From NCBI GenBank assembly GCA_030390025.1, contig CM059433.1:744001-808000 (forward strand): DNA of 64,000 nt. The letters are read 5' to 3'. Under the pieces are notes generated by a model. The model searched no databases, was not told where the DNA came from, and saw nothing but the letters and a program-made list of their open reading frames with translations. Within the stretch, counting starts at the first letter, position 1, and each line of letters begins with the position of its first letter. This DNA comes from Squalus acanthias (Eukaryota). The position numbers were made by a program, and so were the translations under genes. This document shows, one piece after another, positions 38,201-51,723 of this stretch.

Positions 38201-38831
38201 GGAGGAAAGAGTTGGTTGCTTTGCGCCTCCTGTTAGCGCCTAGGGCGCTAACGGGGCGCAAAGCAACTAGTGCCCGGGCGCAGCACCGCCAATGCCTCCC
38301 GCGAAATTCAGTGGGAGGTTAGCAGCGACGGAAACCATTAGCGTCCCGCGGTGTCATCGCCATGCGCAGCGCCCCGCTCACGCCCCGGCTGCGATCTTCG
38401 GTAGTGCCCCCTGATGTAACGCCAGACGCTATGTCCGATGTGGTTAGGGGGGCCGACCTGCGGCTGGGGTGGCGCTAATTAAAGGCGAGGTGCCGGGTGG
38501 CCATTTTTGTTGCTGGCCGCCTGCCAGCACCTGCCCCTGTTGCCGTCCCCGGCCTCCGTGAAGCCCCCCCGCGGAGTGCCGGCTGCGCTCTGTGAGCCCG
38601 GCACTTCTCTTGAGTGCCGGGCTCTTTTGCCGGCACTCCTGATCCCTGGTGGCCCAGCTGGGCCCCGGGTCGCGCTGCGCCAGGCCCCTCCCCTTTAAGA
38701 AAGGGAGGAAGGCCTGCAGCACCGCGGCACATAGCGCCGCGATATTCCCTCGCAGCACCCCAAGAGGGAGGCGGGGCACTTCCAGTAGCGCCGTGCTTCC
38801 CCCTTGGGGCGCTACCATTCAATTTCGGCCG
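38201..38831. mobile_element. Harbinger MITE related to 13921-14671 (opposite orientation)
   Basis: Start ggaggaaagagttggttgctttgcgcctcc matches the family terminus; far end degenerate. Confidence 0.75.
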
Positions 38832-39354
38832 ATGAACGAATATCACATAATGTATAATTAACAGAAGGTACACAGTTGGACAGTATAATCCTAGCTTTTA
38901 GTTCCATTATTAAAAGGCCTGAGTAGCAGGAGGGCGCTTTGCAAGCAAGCTTCATCGTGCCATAGAAACAAGTTGCTAGCAGCCGTTAATAGACTATTGG
39001 GGGTATATGGGCCTGGCCAAGCAGAGACAGTTGTGATCCCTGGTACCAGCCTTCTCAGCACTAAGGTTACTTCAGCAATCAAAGAGATAACGATCAAGGA
39101 TGGTGGCTCACTATATCAGAGCGCGGTCTGATGCCGATCTGCATTGTCAAAGCGCATTGTACCTTTAAATAAAAACAGCAAAATAGAGAGATAAATATCA
39201 GGGGGAACTTGGACTCATTAGCACTGCCGCTAAATCCTGTTTATTTAGTTTTTGTTATGCAGCTTACCTTAAGCACAGTCAATAAGAGAGGATAAAATGG
39301 CTAGCTAAGATATTATAAACAGATAAAATGATAGAAGGAAGAGCAGTTTGTGTT

Positions 39355-39668
39355 TCACAGAATCACAGAATCCCCACAGTGCAGATAGAGGCCATTTCGG
39401 CCCATCGAGCCTGCACCAACACATATCCCACCCTATCCCCGTAACCCCACATATTTAATCCCCCCTAACACTAAGGGTCAATTTATCATAGCCAAATCAA
39501 CCTAACCCTCACATCTTGGGACTGTGGGAGGAAACCAGAGCACCCGGAGGAAACCCACGCAGACACGGGCAGAATGTGCAAACTCCACACAGACAGTCAT
39601 CCGAGGCCGGATTCGAACCCGGGTCCCTGGCGCTGTGAGGTAACAGTGCTAACCACTATGCCACCGTG
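39355..39668 (-). mobile_element. tRNA-derived V-SINE (shark HE1-like)
   Basis: Minus strand shows box A tggcatagtgg, box B gggttcgaatcc, V-core gtggagtttgcacattct...gtgggtttcctccgggtgctc and a CR1-like tail. Confidence 0.88.
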
Positions 39669-40289
39669 TCACCGTGTTTGTGTGGTTAGTACTGACTTTC
39701 CGCTGATAGAGCTGCTCGACCTTGTAACAACTGGATCTGATAGTAGGTGTACAAAACTCGAGCCATCTGTTGAAGTAAATTTAAAAATCCAATGAAATGG
39801 TCAGCAAGTTAGTACACATTGGGGGCTTGAAATGGACTGTGTGATATTAACTCATGAACATGTTTGTATGAAACTCCTCTGTATGCTAATTAAACAAAGC
39901 TGTTAGGCCACAGGATAGATGGCTTGCGCCTTCAGTAAATAATGCACAAAGTAATTTCATATTAATGCACATTGCCCACTTTCAACCCAACGGAGACTAA
40001 ACAAGATGGGGACAGGGTCTCAAGTGCTAATTTGTTTCTTTTTATAGTCAATCGAATTACCACACACGGTCATGACCTCTGTTGGTGGAAAATGCTTACT
40101 GCAATTAGATAGAACTTATGTTTACAATATACAGAGCAAGTGACAATGTCCGGTTCTGTGGTCAATGTAAAACTGTATTACTAAACGTCACTCCCTAGAA
40201 ATTAATTTACTTCAGAGGTTCAAACTTGATTAACTCTATATAACTGAATATTATTGTATAAGCATAGATAGATGAACCATATGTTCAAT

Positions 40290-40513
40290 ACTAAAATACA
40301 AATAGAAAACACTCAGCAGGTCAGGCAGCATCTATGGAGAGAGGCAGGCAGGGTTAATGCTTCAGCTCGATGACCTTTGGGTTCCAATGAAAAGTCATCA
40401 AACTGACTCATTAACCCTACCTTCCCCTCTCCACAGATGCTGCCTGGCCTGTGAAGTGATCTCAGCATGTTCTGTTTATATTTCAGGTTTCCAGCATCTG
40501 CAGTATTTTGCTC
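40290..40513. repeat. Inverted-repeat short element, probably Penelope-derived
   Basis: caggcagcatctatggagagag pairs with cctctccacagatgctgcctg; related to 12993-13120. Confidence 0.55.
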
Positions 40514-40906
40514 TATGTTCAATACTGTTTATTATTTTCATTTTTCAAAACTTGCTTTTGTTATTTCCTTCCCCGCCACCCCACATTTTTCCCAAGTGTA
40601 GTATTGTATTTAAGACTATGGCCCAGAATTTGCTGGAGCTGGGCATCTCATCCCTGTTAGTTAGACTTGTTCCTACACCCTTCAGCTCAAAAATGTTTTG
40701 CCCACAAAATTGCTAGAAGTGTGAGCTGATAACAGTGTAGCGAGGGCAACAGGGCATCTGGGGCCTTGGTGAACAACAGGACAAACAGTGTATCTCCTTA
40801 ACCAATGAGATAAAGGAGTGAGAAATAAACATGGGAAGGACTGAGAAGGAGGGTGAATAAGAATGGGTGAATTCAATGTCAAATCAGGTACAGAAAGAGA
40901 AATAAA

Positions 40907-42680
40907 GGGCTGAATTTTGCCGGCGCTCAGAGGGCGGGTTCGGAGGCGGGTCAGCTGTCAAAATAGCAAAGATTGACAGCGGGTAGGGAACCCGCTGTCA
41001 ACCCGCCTCCACGCGAGTCTCCCAGGTGTCGGGTCTGTCGGCGCTGAGCAGACCCAACACCAAGCGACGGGGGAGGCAATTGACATCATTAAATGGATTG
41101 TTAACATCCAATTAAATGTTACTTTATGCCTACCTTTCAATTTTACCTGCTCCCCCACAGGTTACCCGCTGCTCGGGGAACACGGCAGCTCAGCATGTCA
41201 TGAGTGGATTCAGCATTGACAGCTGCCAAAGTTGTACAAAAGATCCCATGTTACAGCTGTTCACTTTCAAAGATCAGAAACTGTTGGTTACTGCATTTGG
41301 AAGACAGATTGAGCTTTCTGCAGATTGCATGTGTTTGGAGCCAACTCTCTCTCCAGTGCCACTTCATTGGAACAACCTCTCTCACCATTGACAGATTGCT
41401 TCTGTCATCTCAACCTCACCTGCCATCTATTCCATCAGCATTGTTGCCCTTGCAAATATCTCACCTTGGTCCTCAGAATCCCACCATGATCAGCCCCAAC
41501 ACCAGCAGCACCAGGCTCACCAGCAGCAACAACAACAACACCAGCCTTCTCCGCAATCAACTGATGCTGCACAGGACACAGGGCATCAGCATCGACTACA
41601 TTGCTGCCCGGGAGGCCAGGGATGGCCTCACCATGGCCAGATTTACTTCACTTGATGCTGTACACCCTGGCTGCCACACGATGCGCCAGGTTGGCACCAC
41701 CCCACACCAACACCATAAAGCATCCCTACAATGCCCAAGCCATTCCTTTCACACTCATCACCATTGCGGGGGGTACCGTTATGTCTCATCATTCACTGCA
41801 ACTCACTAAGCCACTTCCAAAGGTGCACACAAATCTGTCCAAGAAGGCAAAGTGCTGAAAATAAAGATTTCAAGGTTTAACACCACATTAACAGAAACTT
41901 TACATGAACATTGGCCAAACCACCCAAGTGCCTACCCTTGTGTGTTGTTAGTTGGTATGATTGGACTAGGATGAGGGTGAGTGTGAGGGGTGGCTAGTGA
42001 GATGGGGAAGTGATAATGTAGATAGAGAGGGATGGGTGGAGGTCCAAGGTAAGTTGGTGTGAGTAAGGATGTGCAGGAGTAGGGTAGGGAAGGCAGAGTG
42101 ATGGGGATGTGATGAGTGGCACAGCAGGATGAGGTTAAGTGTGGCTTGGCAGCAACGTTTCGTGATCTACTGAGATCATTGAACGGTTTGCGCCACTGCA
42201 GCCTGGTCCTCCTGACGCCATCCCTGCTTGTGTCCTCCTGTGCAATGTGCAACCAGGCTGCGTTAATCTCCATGGGGAGTTCTCTTCCGCCCATGGGAAG
42301 GGAAGCAAACCTCCCTGCATGCTCTGATTCCCTCCATAAGCATATGGAGGGAGTCATGGGAGAGCCTGGGTGCAGCCGTGCACCTTTGTGCAGTGCTTGT
42401 CAGTGTTTGCAGCACCTCAATGCTGTAGAACACTGACAGCACAACTGTCAAAACTAATTTGGACATGGTCTCGGTAAGGAAACCAGCTGATGACGTGTCA
42501 TCAAATGACGTCATCAGACCTGCTTCCTATTAATTGGCCGGGAACCTCGCAGGGCGGGGCTTAACAAGCTCAATTAACATAAAATCACTGTAAGAGTGCG
42601 GACTGGAGCAGGCAGCGGGCTGGGACCGTGACATCGACCCCGGCCACCCCGGACCTGCCTCGGTCGGCGAAATCACGGCC
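40907..42680 (+). mobile_element. Non-autonomous Harbinger (second family) with decayed Myb exon 1
   Basis: TIRs gggctgaattttgccg / cggcgaaatcacggcc, AAA on both flanks; inserted into another repeat (~40620-42820). Confidence 0.88.
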
Positions 42681-43739
42681 AAAGAGAGGGAAAGAAAGAT
42701 TGGATTAAGAGAGAGAGAAAAAAAGAGACAGAAAGGAAAAGTAAGATTTTTTTTTAATTTCACATATAAAAATTCTCCAACAACAATTTACCTGAAGGCA
42801 TGGGACTCCACACTTTTAACAATTATCACACTCTGTAGTTGCTTCTAATAATATCCTGTACAAAAAAGCATGTAATTGTCCCCATTTCACATCTTTATCT
42901 GATGCACTATGTTGCATGTCTGAATTCAATGCAGAAGAAAAAGCATGGATTACCTTAATCATTTTCTGTCACAGTATATTTTGAAGTATCTCATTAAAAC
43001 CACATTGGGATCTTATATTATCTGTTACTGCTTATATTGAAAATCATTTATGTTATCTCTTATATAACAAGAAATATTAAACACTTAAATTGTAATGACT
43101 GTGTAATGAATCGCTTGCATGACCCGAGGTATACGGAACACTCGGAGAGCCTCATACTATTTCCTTTATCCAGCTTTGTGGTAGAAAGCAAACTAGAGAG
43201 GTAGTGATTTTTTCCCATATATTAGACGGCATAACATGAGAGCGCAGTGCGATACAACTTTACAGTGATGACAGATGCCTCATGAATTATCCCCTGGTGA
43301 TTACTGGGAGCAGTAATACCCACAATGATGTTGCAGGTGGTATATTGTAACAGAGGAATCTTTGCCACTGTTTTGATGCGGTAGAACTCTGCTGATCTAG
43401 CATTGAAGTGGGGTAGGTGGGGTAGGGGTTAGGTGAGGCAAATTCTGAAAAAATAACCTATGGAATAACTGCGTGGAGAAATGCAGTCCAATGCCATTAG
43501 TTTAACTGTAGCCGTGCACGGCAGTTTTTTTAAAACTCTAAATTCTAAAATTTAAAAGTCTAGGTAACGGCAGCACCTTTTGATTTTGATAATTGAACAG
43601 GGCTGACTATCCCATCAGCTGTTTTCAATTATTAGCAATATCACTGCCAGTCTGAAGCTCATGTATTTCAAGCATAAAGATGGAGGCCTGGTTTAATTGC
43701 TAACAACTCTGGTGGTGCTGTTCCAGGCATAGTCTGGAA

Positions 43740-43920
43740 CAGCGCCACACAGGCACGTCAACCCAAGCACCCCTCCCACCCGCCCCTTCAACCACCGTCT
43801 GCCCCACCTGTGACAGAGACTGTGGGTCCCGCATTGGACTCATCAGTCACCTGAGAACTCATTTTTAATGTGGAAGCAAGTCATCCTCGGTTCCAAGGGA
43901 CTGCCTGAGAAAGAAAGAGA
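43740..43920 (+). mobile_element. RTE-clade LINE 3' end
   Basis: Encodes CPTCDRDCGSRIGLISHLRTH (terminal C2H2 motif), followed by a short UTR and aaag tail. Confidence 0.75.
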
Positions 43921-44506
43921 GTCTGATGTCAGTGCGGGTGCGTTCTGGGATGGGGTAGGACATCTTTGTCCAGTTCTCTGATCTAGATAGCTTCAGGCTG
44001 TATTGGGTCTGAAATTATGTTTCCTTTGTCGCCTGCAAGTATTCCACCATCAGGCAGATATCGGTTTTATATGTTGCCACTGTCTTCTGATCCCAACACT
44101 GATCTGAAGCAGAGGGTGGGGGAGGGGTTAGGGAGGTAAATGCTGATTGAACAATCTGTGGATTAACTGTATGTTTTACAATCCCATGGGTCTGAATAGG
44201 GAAAACATTATGGATGCTTTAATTTGTAATTACATTGACATTCAGCAGAAGAGAACATGTAGGAAACCTACCTCAATTAAATAAAATAATTGTTACTGTT
44301 ATTAAAGAATGCTTGTGGGATTTGATAACATAGTTAAAAATTGAAGAGATAATATCTGGTTTCTATAATGTTCCATTGTATCTCAACCCTTTCTCAAGCC
44401 CTACACATAATACTCTAAAACAATTTTAAATAATATTCTTCAAGGTTTGTTACAGCTGGACTGAAGAATGAGTTGTTGCCGATAGTAACCACGCTAGCTA
44501 ACATAC

Positions 44507-44545
44507 CCTCAGCATTCGCAATTCTTTTCTCAATGATTCTATTTT
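44507..44545 (-). other. Candidate 39-nt internal exon of an unidentified host gene
   Basis: Acceptor tctcttttaactccttcag, donor GAGG|gtatgt, length a multiple of 3, open as (E)NRIIEKRIANAE. Confidence 0.3.
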
Positions 44546-47294
44546 CTGAAGGAGTTAAAAGAGACCTGGTATCCGTACGTATGTTTTTTAAATATAATTT
44601 AAATAATTTACTCACAAACAAAAATGTAGTAGTGCTGTGGGGGAAAAAAACTGACAACATTGCATTTTTTCTGTGCCAGCATAATGATATTGCAGCTACT
44701 TCATATAATACATTTTGTGGCAGATGGCCTCATTGTGACCAGTTTGATTTCTGCAGCTTTTTTATTTGGGGTATACAAGGGCTAGCTCTAGTCTTCAAGA
44801 CCCCTTCCTTTAAAGGAAAATAAGTCTCTGTATTTCATCATTATGGGATGCATACAGTCATATGGGGGAAAGCATCCAAGCCATTCACATGCTCTTAACA
44901 TTATCTTCTCTCCCTCCACAAACAGCAGCAAAGAAATACAACTGGAGTAGGAGCAGCAGCAATTAAGAATCTGCGCACACATGAAGAGAAGGCGCTGAAA
45001 ATCATGGTCAGACAGACAGAAGACCCTGTGGGGGAGGGCAAGGTTGTAACCAAGGTGGCTACAAAAGGTTATTAAAAGCTGGGAAATGCCCATCATAGGG
45101 AATCTCACTTTATGCTTTTTCTCACAGTATTGCAATGCTCTCACACTCAGTCATTATTTCTTCAAGGGGTAACATCACTATTTATGCAAATAAACAAGCT
45201 CTTCTGTGCCATATTATTGGGGGCACCTTGAAGGAAGAGGCACATCATGGTGATGATCATCCAGGCACTTCCCTGGGGAATTGGCTGCTGGAACCACTGG
45301 CTGGACTTCTGCCACTTTGTCACCAACTGCGTTATGTGTGCAAGCACCAGCAACAGAGATACTCAGTCAGGAGGAGGTAGCCAGTGAGGCTATCGCTGGA
45401 TAAGGCATGGAGTGCTCGTGAGAATGGGGAGCTGGCAGTGGAAGAGAAAGAGAATGCTGTTCCGCATGGAGGTTGGAGAAGGGAGGAGCCTAGGGGCTCA
45501 GAACTCAGGCCTGGTTGCCTTAAAGCCCCCTCCGTCCCAACCTCTCAACCTCATCTCATTCTGTGCCTCTGTTTTCTACCCAGAAAACGGACGCTTTAAG
45601 TCTTCTGTTGATTCCAACATCTGATTCTTATTTTTTCCCACATCTAACTTTGTTACTCACTGTATCCATCTGCGACTGTGATTAGGCTTGCCTGGCTATT
45701 GATGAGATAATTTGTCCCACAAGAGCCTTTCAAGGTTTGACATGGTAAAATGTGTCAAAGGTTCACTTGGTTATGTCTGGTCCACAACCAAGTCAATCTT
45801 TCAGCGTTTTCTACCCAGAAAGTGGACGCTTTAAGCGTCTGACAATTGGATGATAACAACCTTTGGAACCAGTTTCCCACCAATCTGAGGCCATGTTTTT
45901 GATGTTGTTCCTACCTGGGAGCAAAAGCATAGAATGAAAAGTAGGTAAAGTGTTTTACCTGTTCTTGGAAAGAAAGAAAAAGGTTACAATAAATATTAGA
46001 TGGACATAATGCAAAAGTAAAGTTAAATAATAAAAATAGAGGAGTGAGAGATTGGAAAAGAAGAGAAAATAAAGGTTAATGGGAAGCCATGGCAAATAGA
46101 AATGAAGCGGTTAACTTTTTCTTATTTTATGTAAAATTGTTATTAAATATTACATTTAGTGTAGTTGTTTAGGGTTAATATTACAGTAATAAAGCTACTC
46201 CTTAAATTTGAATAGCTTAATTACTGTAATATTATCATTTGCTTCAGCATCATTGTGTATGAGCTGACAACATTTAAAAATGACCGGCCTAGGGAGTCAA
46301 GTATTCTCTCGGTCTGCAAATAGTCTTATCGGTTCACTTTCTAATGGTTTCACTTGCAGACTCTTCTGGACTTTCGACCCCACAGCTAAGTATTGGGTTT
46401 GTGCCTCATTAATGGCCAGACAACAGCTGCTGAATGCTTACAAATTTCATTTACACACTTTCTGTAAATGTTTAAATTTTAAAATACCTAACATAGAATA
46501 AGTCATTTGGCTTGTTTCAATATGTTATAGGCAATCTCACCACCGTTCCACTTAATCTAAATTGTAACTGAACTAGTCACTAGTGCACTTGGACTGCAGG
46601 AACTAAACAAAAAGTCACCTCACTTGTTGTGTTTGTTACATGCTTGTTGTGAATGTCTGTCATCTTCTCACTGAACCCAGGATGAAATCTGCTGTCTTCT
46701 TGGATGGAATCAAATGTGGCCATTTTTTTTTGGCCCACCTTGCTGCTTCTCTGTGATTCTCCAGTTTCTTTTCTCTTTTTGATGAAACTTAACAGAAATT
46801 TGGCTCATAAAATTAATTTAGTGAGGAACCAGCGTTTTCTGAGAGTATCGCAGCACTGAGCGCCAGCTGGTTATAATTATGTCATCCGTCCCAGAATACA
46901 CTGCATAAAGGAGAAGCAATGACATGGCCCTGACATCGACAAACAATTCAATAATACAGAGTTAATTTCTCCACAACAACATATGGTTTGGAATACTTGG
47001 CGGAGGATATTTGTGCATAAACTGATTAAACATATTTTTCCTTGAAAAATGGTTATAAATATACTTTTAATTGGGAGAATGGTAGTTACAGAACCATTGT
47101 AAACAAAGAAATTAAATAATAATTATATGTATTGAAAAAGCAACAGCAGCCAATCCTGATAATAACAGTGGCTATTTTCCTGTGGGCAATCAGTAAGCCA
47201 TTCTTTTTCTGGAGGCAGGGATTGGGGGGGCGCGGGGTGGGGGGGGGGGGGGGCGCGCGGGGCTAGGCGCGGTGAGCTCTAACATTTTTAAAGA

Positions 47295-47530
47295 AGAGCA
47301 GGGGAGTTCTACCCAGTGTCCTGACCAATATTTATCCTTCAACCAACATCACTAAAACAGATTATCTGGTCACTATCACATTACTGTTTGTGGGACCTTG
47401 CTGTGCGGAAATTGGCTGCCACGTTTCCTACATTACAATTGACTAAACTTCAAATGTACTTCATTAGCTCTAAAGCGCTTTGGGACATCCTGAGGTCATG
47501 AAAGGCGCTATATAAATGCAAGTTTTTTCT
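47295..47530 (+). mobile_element. Deu-domain SINE 3' part
   Basis: Homologous to 31510-31732. Confidence 0.75.
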
Positions 47531-48036
47531 TTATTTATGCAAACTTATCAGGAAGCCATAATAATAAATGTAAGAAAACCATTTTTTGCATTTTGCGCGG
47601 TAATTTTTAGCTGATAATAACGTAAACAGTCCAATGGTAATTAAGTTAAATTATTCAAGCTTAATAAATGGAAATCACAAAGAGTAAGTCCAGGTTATTT
47701 GCGACCCCCCTTCCCCCTTCCCCCTTTATGTCATCCTTCCTTAGAAGCCCCCAGCAGAGCATCTAAAAGCCTTTTGAATGATTCCAGAGTTTCTGCTCTC
47801 GCTACCCCTCCCAGAAGGTCATTCCAGGCAGGGTATTCATTAGTCCTCAATTTGCCTTCATACCTGTGTTCCCTTCCCCTTAATAGAAGTTTAGCATAAA
47901 CTGCTCCAAATTTGCATTTCCTATTCTGCTTTTTATGTTTTATACTTTCCTAATGTCCTCTTCATTCATGTCTTTTCAAGGCTGCAAAATCCAAATACTT
48001 ATAGCCTATCTTTATAATTCAGTTCTCTTACAGATA

Positions 48037-48881
48037 GGCTCTGATATTAACTGCGGCGGGATTTCCATGCCCGGTGGGGGTGGTTGGGGGATGGGTGTGG
48101 AGGTGGGGGTGGTGGTGAGGGGGGAAGGTCGTGCTGAAAAGTGTGGAGTTTTAACTCCATGGCATGTGTGTATTTTTTTAACAGGTTCCCCATCTGGATG
48201 CCAGAATGATTGACAGGCTTGGCTCCCTGTGGGGTGGTGAATGCTGCAGAAGGGGCCGCAACCCAGGAGCAGATAGGTTTCCTGCTGCTTGGATGGGAGG
48301 TTGTCGGTGAGAGATGGGGGGGTTTGGGGGAGATGGGGGTCGGGTAGAGATCAGAGGGGGGTTGCAGAGAGATCGGAGGGTCAGGAGAGAGTCGGTGATC
48401 ACTGGGGGAGAATCAGTGATCGTGGGGGGTGGGGGTGCGGGATTGCGGGGCGGGGTCGGTGATCGTGGAGGGTCAGTGATGGGGGAGCGATCGCTGAGGA
48501 TGTGAACTGGTTTGCTTAGTGGGCTGGGGGGCAGCACTCCTGCTCCTGCTGGCCCACAAGCAGTGCTGCAAAAGCACTTACCTGTTCCCTGCAGCAGCCC
48601 TCATCCCCCTGTAGCTCCTGGGTTTTCCAATGCCTGGGAAACCAAGCCGGCCAGTGTTAAGCCTGAAACACAGCTGAAATCTTAGGCACGCAGCCTCATT
48701 AAAATATTTAAATGAGTGACCCGCCTCATGGGAGTGGGTTGGTCATCCGCCCCCGTCCCGCCTCTGTTAAAACCGGAAGTGGGCAGGTTCGAGGCAAGTG
48801 GCATTCAGTTTTGAGATTTTTTACATTTTAACTTCCCACCCAACCCAAACCCACCTGTTTTTGGGGGTCAAAGTTACTCCC
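48037..48881. mobile_element. Probable Harbinger-type MITE
   Basis: ATA on both flanks, weak TIRs, internal motifs shared with 3962-4700. Confidence 0.55.
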
Positions 48882-48904
48882 ATAATTTGCAAACTCTGTG
48901 CTGA

Positions 48905-51211
48905 AGACAAGGAGCCTTGCTAACTAGAGACAAGGAGCCTCACTAACTAGAGACAAGGAGCCTCACTAACTAGAGACAAGGAGCCTCAGTAACTGGAGAC
49001 AAGGAGCCTCAGTAACTGGAGACAAGGAGCCTCACTAACTAGAGACAAGGAGCCTCAGTAACTGGAGACAAGGAGCCTCACTAACTAGAGACAAGGAACC
49101 TCACTAACTAGAGACAAGGAGCCTCACTAACCGGAGACAAGGAGCCTCACTAACTAGAGACAAGGAGCCTCAGTAACTGGAGCCAAGAAGCCTCACTAAC
49201 TAGAGACAAGGAGCCTCAGTAACTGGAGACAAGGAGCCTCACTAACTAGAGACAAGGAGCCTCACTAACTAGAGACAAGGAGCCTCACTAACCGGAGACA
49301 AGGAGCCTCACTAACTAGAGACAAGGAGCCTCACTAACTAGAGACAAGGAGCCTCAGTAACTGGAGACAAGGAGCCTCACTAACTAGAGACAAGGAGCCT
49401 CACTAACTGGAGACAAGGAGCCTCACTAACTAGAGACAAGGAGCCTCACTAACCGGAGACAAGGAGCCTCACTAACTAGAGACAAGGAGCCTCACTAACT
49501 GGAGTCAAGGAGCCTCACTAACTGGAGACAAGGAGCCTCGAAAACCGGAGACAAGGAGCCTCGCTAACTAGAGACAAAGAGCCTCACTAACTGGAGACAA
49601 GGAGCCTCGAAAACCGGAGACAAGGAGCCTCGCTAACTAGAGACAAGGAGCCTCACTAACTGGAGACAAGGAGCCTCGAAAACCGGAGACAAGGAGCCTC
49701 ACTAACCGGAGACAAGGAGCCTCACTAACTAGAGACAAGGAGCCTCACTAACTGGAGACAAGGAACCTCACTAACTGGAGACAAGGAGCCTCGAAAACCG
49801 GAGACAAGGAGCCTCGCTAACTAGAGACAAGGAGCCTCACTAACTAGAGACAAGGAGCCTCAGTAACTGGAGACAAGGAGCCTCACTAACTGGAGACAAG
49901 GAGCCTCGCTAACTGGAGACAAGGAGCCTCACTAACTAGAGAAAAGGAGCCTCACTAACTAGAGACAAGGAGCCTCACTAAATAGAGACAAGGAGCCTCG
50001 CTAACTGGAGACAAGGAGCCTCACTAACTAGAGACAAGGAGCCTCACTAACTAGAGACAAGGAGCCTCACTAACTAGAGACAAGGAACCTCACTAACTAG
50101 AGACAAGGAGCCTCACTAACTGGAGACAAGGAGCCTCACTAACTAGAGACAAGGTGCCTCGCTAACTAAAGACAAGGAGCCTCACTAACTAGAGACAAGG
50201 AGCCTCACTAACTAGAGACAAGGAGCCTCACTAACTAGAGACAAGGAGCCTCACTAACCGGAGACAAGGAGCCTCACTAACCGGAGACAAGGAGCCTCAC
50301 TAACTAGAGACAAGGAGCCTCACTAACTAGAGACAAGGAGCCTCACTAACTAGAGACAAGGAGCCTCGCTAACTGGAGACAAGGAGCCTCGCTAACTGGA
50401 GACAAGGAGCCTCACTAACCGGAGACAAGGAGCCTCACTAACCGGAGACAAGGAACCTCACTAACTAGAGACAAGGAACCTCACTAACTGGAGACAAGGA
50501 ACCTCACTAACTGGAGACAAGGAGCCTCACTAACTGGAGACAAGGAGCTTCACTAACCGGAGACAAGGAGCCTCACTAACTAGAGACAAGGAGCCTCACT
50601 AACTAGAGACAAGGAGCCTCACTAACTGGAGACAAGGAGCCTCACTAACCGGAGACAAGGAGCCTCACTAACTAGAGACAAGGAGCCTCAGTAACTGGAG
50701 ACAAGGAGCCTCACTAACCGGAGACAAGGAGCCTCACTAACTAGAGACAAGGAGCCTCACTAACTAGAGACAAGGAGCCTCACTAACCGGAGACAAGGAG
50801 CCTCACTAACTGGAGACAAGGAACCTCACTAACTAGAGACAAGGAGCCTCAGTAACTGGAGACAAGGAACCTCACTAACTAGAGACAAGGAGCCTCACTA
50901 ACTAGAGACAAGGAGCCTCACTAACTAGAAACAAGGAGCCTCACTAACTGGAGACAAGGAGCCTCAGTAACTGGAGACAAGGAGCCTCACTAACTAGAGA
51001 CAAGGAGCCTCACTAACTGGACACAAGGAGCCTCAGTAACTAGAGACAAGGAGCCTCAGTAACTAGAGACAAGGAGCCTCACTAACTAGAGACAAGGAGC
51101 CTCACTAACTAGAGACAAGGAGCCTCACTAACTAGAGACAAGGAGCCTCACTAACTGGAGACAAGGAGCCTCAGTAACTAGAGACAAGGAGCCTCACTAA
51201 CTAGAGACATG
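48905..51211 (+). repeat. 23-bp satellite, left arm (~100 units; gagacaaggagcctcactaactR)
   Basis: Direct inspection; period 23. Confidence 0.98.
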
Positions 51212-51723
51212 GGGGTAAAAATTCAGTTGGTTGCGCCTCCCGTTAGCGCCTTAAAAGGGCGCTAATGGGGCGTTAAGGCGCTAACGCCCGGGCGCAGCGC
51301 TGTTTGCGCCGCTCGAGAACTTAACTTGAGATTGTGCGGCGGCGCTAAAACTTACCGCTGCGACCACCTGCGCGCGCAGATTGTGACGTCATTCCGTGGT
51401 GCAACGCCCTTGGGGCGCCCCGGAGCGGAAATTGAGTGGCGCCCCCTGCCTTACCGCCTGGCGCTTCCAACGACCGGAAGACTGGAACGTTATCAATCGG
51501 TGTGGGGCTGGGGGGGGCGCTATTTAAAGGGGGCCTCTTCCTGTCTTTTTCTGTGGTCGACATTTATGCACCACTCGTTCTGAGAGAGAGAGAGAGATTC
51601 GGAGAGAGAGAGAGAGAGACTTCTACATTGACTCAACGCTTTCTGAGGTAGTTTTGCCTAGTTCATCCTAACTTTGCTGCTACTTTCGTTGCTGTACCTC
51701 ATTACTTTTCTGGCAAAGAGAAT

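Noticed and set aside
39590..39668. tRNA gene
   Set aside because: The tRNA-like head continues into a SINE core and LINE-derived tail.
40365..40420. Hammerhead ribozyme in Penelope-derived repeat
   Set aside because: The core CUGAUGA and GAAA boxes are degenerate here (ccaatga, tgactc).
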